DNA of 6,013 nucleotides from a virus. Shown here piece by piece: positions 3,647 through 6,013 of this stretch. The notes under the pieces were generated by a model. It did no database searches and was not told the DNA's origin. It saw only the letters and a program-made list of their open reading frames with translations. Numbering within the stretch: the stretch's first letter is position 1; every line of letters begins with the position of its first letter. A program made the translations under genes and the position numbers. The stretch is from positions 1-6,013 of IMG/VR virus record IMGVR_UViG_3300045988_003899; one strand, given 5' to 3'.

Positions 3647-5343
3647 ACAGAAACAACGAAAGACACTTCTTACAAGTACCACAAATGCACACAAGCCGAA
3701 CACGGTTCAACCGTGACCAGACAAACCTAACCACATTCAACAGCGGCAGGCTAATTCCATTCTTTGTGGACGAAGTTTTGCCGGGAGACACCTTCCAGAT
3801 AGACACGAGCGCAATCATCCGCATGACAACACCAAAATTCCCGGTGATGGATGACGCATTCATCGACTTCTACTACTTCTATTGTCCAAACCGTATCCTG
3901 TGGGACAACTTCAAACAGTTCATGGGAGAAGTGGACAATACGCCATGGATGCCAACAAGAACATATCAAGTGCCAGAAATCGAAATCAACGGAACTGAAG
4001 CAAGCGGAAGACCGCTTAATGGCAGCATCCTAGACTACATGGGTGTGCCAACAAACGTAAAAGCACGGTTCAAAATAAACGCGTTGCCAGTCCGTGCATA
4101 CGTTATGATCTGGAACGAGTATTTCAGAGACCAAAACATTGAAAACGCAGCAAAATGGAAAAGCGACGACGGTAACGTACAATACACACAATCATACAAC
4201 GACGGTTCCGGAGCAAAAGACGAAATTGAAAAAACGCTTCAAGAAGCAATCACCGGAGGACTGTGTCTTCCCGTTAACCGTTTCCACGACTACTTCTCAA
4301 GCTGCTTGCCTTATCCGCAGCGTGGGCCGGAAGTAACCGTGCCAATGACAGGTAATGCGCCAGTAAGACTAGGAGACGCCTCCGGCAGATATGTAGATTA
4401 CGCTGGACCAGTAGAAATGGTGCTAAGTAGAAATGCCAATCAAAACGTACCGGGAAGTCTAGGATACGAGAACGCAACAGGAAAACCCAACGAAAAAAAG
4501 CAAATGCAATTCACTGGAGTTGAAAAAGCATCAGGTGAATCAGGAACGGGGGGCTGGATGTACACAGACCTAAGTTCTGTAGGAGCAACAACCATCAACG
4601 AACTGAGAAACGCAATTGCAGTGCAGCAGTACTATGAAGCAATGGCAAGAGGCGGCAGCCGATACCGTGAACAGGTACAGGCACTGTGGGACGTAACCAT
4701 CAGCGACAAAACGGCACAGATTCCGGAATATCTCGGCGGAGGACGCTATCACGTCAACATGAACCAAATCGTGCAGACAAGCGGACAGCAGAGCGAAAAC
4801 GATACACCAATTGGTGAAACCGGAGCAATGTCCGTAACGCCTATCAACGAAAGTTCCTTCACAAAGAGTTTTGAGGAACACGGGTTTGTAATCGGTGTGT
4901 TGTGCGTACGCCATAACAGAACGTACCAGCAGGGGCTTGAACGTTTCTGGAGTAGAAAGGACAGACTGGACTATTACGTGCCTCAGTTTGCAAACATTGG
5001 CGAACAGCCTGTAAAGAAAAAAGAAATCATGCTAACCGGTACGGCAACTGATGAAGAGACATTCGGCTACCAGGAGGCCTGGGCTGATTACCGAATGAAG
5101 CCAAACCGTGTAAGCGGCCTCATGCGAAGCAACGCAACAGGCACGTTGGACTTTTGGCACTACGCAGACAATTATTCGACCGTACCAACACTGTCTCAGG
5201 AATGGATGGCAGAAGGCAAAAGCGAAATTGCAAGAACACTCATCGTACAGAACGAACCGCAATTCTTTGGTGCAATCCGCGTAGCAAACAAAACCACACG
5301 TTGCATGCCGCTGTACAGTGTACCGGGCTTGTACAAACTATAA
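3643..5343 (+). CDS. VP1: Major capsid protein VP1 (Microviridae F-protein family), 566 aa
   Basis: N-terminal signature SRTRFNRDQTNLTTFNSGRLIPFFVDEVLPGDTF, then TPKFPVMDDAFIDFYYFYCPNRILWDNFKQFMGE. Further on, INELRNAIAVQQYYEAMARGGSRYRE. All are classic microvirus capsid motifs. Confidence 0.97.
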   Translation: MNRNNERHFLQVPQMHTSRTRFNRDQTNLTTFNSGRLIPFFVDEVLPGDTFQIDTSAIIRMTTPKFPVMDDAFIDFYYFYCPNRILWDNFKQFMGEVDNTPWMPTRTYQVPEIEINGTEASGRPLNGSILDYMGVPTNVKARFKINALPVRAYVMIWNEYFRDQNIENAAKWKSDDGNVQYTQSYNDGSGAKDEIEKTLQEAITGGLCLPVNRFHDYFSSCLPYPQRGPEVTVPMTGNAPVRLGDASGRYVDYAGPVEMVLSRNANQNVPGSLGYENATGKPNEKKQMQFTGVEKASGESGTGGWMYTDLSSVGATTINELRNAIAVQQYYEAMARGGSRYREQVQALWDVTISDKTAQIPEYLGGGRYHVNMNQIVQTSGQQSENDTPIGETGAMSVTPINESSFTKSFEEHGFVIGVLCVRHNRTYQQGLERFWSRKDRLDYYVPQFANIGEQPVKKKEIMLTGTATDEETFGYQEAWADYRMKPNRVSGLMRSNATGTLDFWHYADNYSTVPTLSQEWMAEGKSEIARTLIVQNEPQFFGAIRVANKTTRCMPLYSVPGLYKL

Positions 5344-5353
5344 GAAAGGAGGA

Positions 5354-5380
5354 AGCCCGGGCAAAACCCGGGCTATTTTT
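5354..5380 (+). terminator. Intrinsic-terminator-like hairpin between VP1 and VP2 (8-bp stem AGCCCGGG/CCCGGGCT, loop CAAAA, then ATTTTT)
   Basis: 5354-5361 pairs perfectly with 5367-5374 (7 GC and 1 AT pairs), followed by T5376-T5380. It lies 11 nt after the VP1 stop and ends 3 nt before the VP2 ATG. Confidence 0.6.
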
Positions 5381-5382
5381 AA

Positions 5383-6013
5383 ATGTCAGGATTATCAGGA
5401 TTCTTAACAGCACTAAACGTAGCAGGAAACGTAGCAAACACAATCGGAACTTTTGCAGGAGCAGCTAAAAACGTAGCCGGAGCGTTTGGCGGATGGGGAC
5501 AAACAGGCAATAGCCAAAGTAGCGGCGGCAGCACAAGCCAAGGCGGTGGACACTCCGAAAGCGGAAGTCAATCAGGAACTAACGTACAACAGGTCAACGA
5601 CTGGCTCAAGCAGGCATACGCATACCAAGGGCAAGAAGCAGCCATGCAGGGCAAATACAACAGCCAAAGCATGCTTAAACAGATGGGCTATAACACCTTA
5701 CAAGCAATCATGCAAGGCGTATACAACCACATCGAAAACAGTGTAGCAATGAACTACAACAGCTCAGAAGCACTAGCAAACAGAAACTGGCAAGAACACA
5801 TGTCAAGCACAGCATACCAAAGAGCAGTTGAGGACATGAAAAAAGCGGGGCTTAACCCAATCCTAGCATTCTCAAACGGTGGAGCAAGCACACCGGGCGG
5901 AAGCGCAGGAACGATCAGCGGAGCAAGCATGGGACTTGCAAGCAGCAGCGCACTAGGAGTAAGCCGAAGCGGTGGATTTGTACCTAACGCATACGAAAGC
6001 AGCAGCTGGAGCA
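5383..6013 (+). CDS. VP2: Minor capsid / DNA pilot protein VP2, N-terminal part (runs off the window; continues at position 100 after removing the 99-nt redundancy)
   Basis: ATG at 5383 is immediately preceded by an in-frame TAA. Hand translation gives MSGLSGFLTALNVAGNVANTIGTFAGAAKNVAGAFGGWG (hydrophobic, Gly-rich N-terminus) and a Gly/Ser/Gln linker. It then contains the conserved pilot-protein core NWQEHMSSTAYQRAVEDMKKAGLNPILAFS. The frame is open to the window end. Confidence 0.9.
   Translation, partial: MSGLSGFLTALNVAGNVANTIGTFAGAAKNVAGAFGGWGQTGNSQSSGGSTSQGGGHSESGSQSGTNVQQVNDWLKQAYAYQGQEAAMQGKYNSQSMLKQMGYNTLQAIMQGVYNHIENSVAMNYNSSEALANRNWQEHMSSTAYQRAVEDMKKAGLNPILAFSNGGASTPGGSAGTISGASMGLASSSALGVSRSGGFVPNAYESSSWS
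5915..6013. repeat. Terminal redundancy: second copy of the 99-nt sequence found at 1-99
   Basis: Identical to 1-99. Confidence 0.97.

Noticed and set aside
3851-4336. 60-aa (3851..4033) and 65-aa (4139..4336) alternative-frame + strand ORFs inside VP1
   Set aside because: They are short with no SD. Their Thr/Ser/Gln-rich composition is as expected from frame-shifted reading of an A/C-rich gene. They are most likely chance open frames.
972-5443. All minus-strand ORFs in the track (972..1196, 2254..2511, 2366..2581, 2469..2669, 2796..3038, 3162..3362, 3169..3369, 3576..3863, 3751..3969, 4274..4477, 4570..4914, 5032..5262, 5240..5443)
   Set aside because: Each lies antisense to a well-supported + strand gene, and I noticed no SD upstream of any of them. 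Their translations are low-complexity, Cys/Phe/Leu/Arg-rich sequence typical of shadow ORFs opposite A-rich coding strands. Microviruses transcribe one strand only.
5154-5746. 104-aa (5154..5468) and 86-aa (5486..5746) + strand ORFs overlapping the VP1 end, the terminator and VP2
   Set aside because: Both begin at TTG with no SD. The first reads straight through the terminator hairpin. Both are strongly basic, low-complexity out-of-frame translations.
1-6013. tRNA, rRNA, integrase, transposase or attachment-site signals
   Set aside because: No cloverleaf-like or rRNA-like sequence was noticed, and no recombinase-like ORF exists in any frame. The coding capacity is fully accounted for by the microvirus genes.

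Overview
The window is one complete circular ssDNA microvirus genome (family Microviridae, gokushovirus-like gene set) plus a 99-nt wrap-around. Positions 1-99 are identical to 5915-6013, so the unit length is 5914 nt, and the junction lies inside the VP2 reading frame. All credible genes are on the + strand and tightly packed, several with ATGA-type overlaps. The order is VP2 (C-terminal part), VP4 (HUH rolling-circle Rep), a 612-nt non-coding region, a roughly 1-kb accessory cassette, a VP8-like basic DNA-binding peptide missing from the ORF track, a VP5-like protein, the VP3 scaffold, the VP1 major capsid protein, an intrinsic-terminator hairpin, and VP2 (N-terminal part). The accessory cassette holds a 65-aa orphan, a 129-aa M15-type zinc peptidase, a 40-aa orphan and a 74-aa orphan. 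Four things stand out. (1) A cell-wall peptidase (endolysin-type) gene sits in a microvirus with no holin, TM or signal partner visible. (2) The non-coding region is unusually large and contains five hairpins or palindromes, including a 47-nt GC-rich, strictly alternating purine/pyrimidine imperfect palindrome, followed by ten same-orientation copies of TTCAACA in three clusters (iteron-like). (3) A single near-consensus sigma70/sigmaA promoter sits in front of the accessory cassette. (4) A terminator-like hairpin between VP1 and VP2 lies between the only Shine-Dalgarno sequence and the VP2 start codon. All homology calls rest on motif recognition by eye. No database search was possible.
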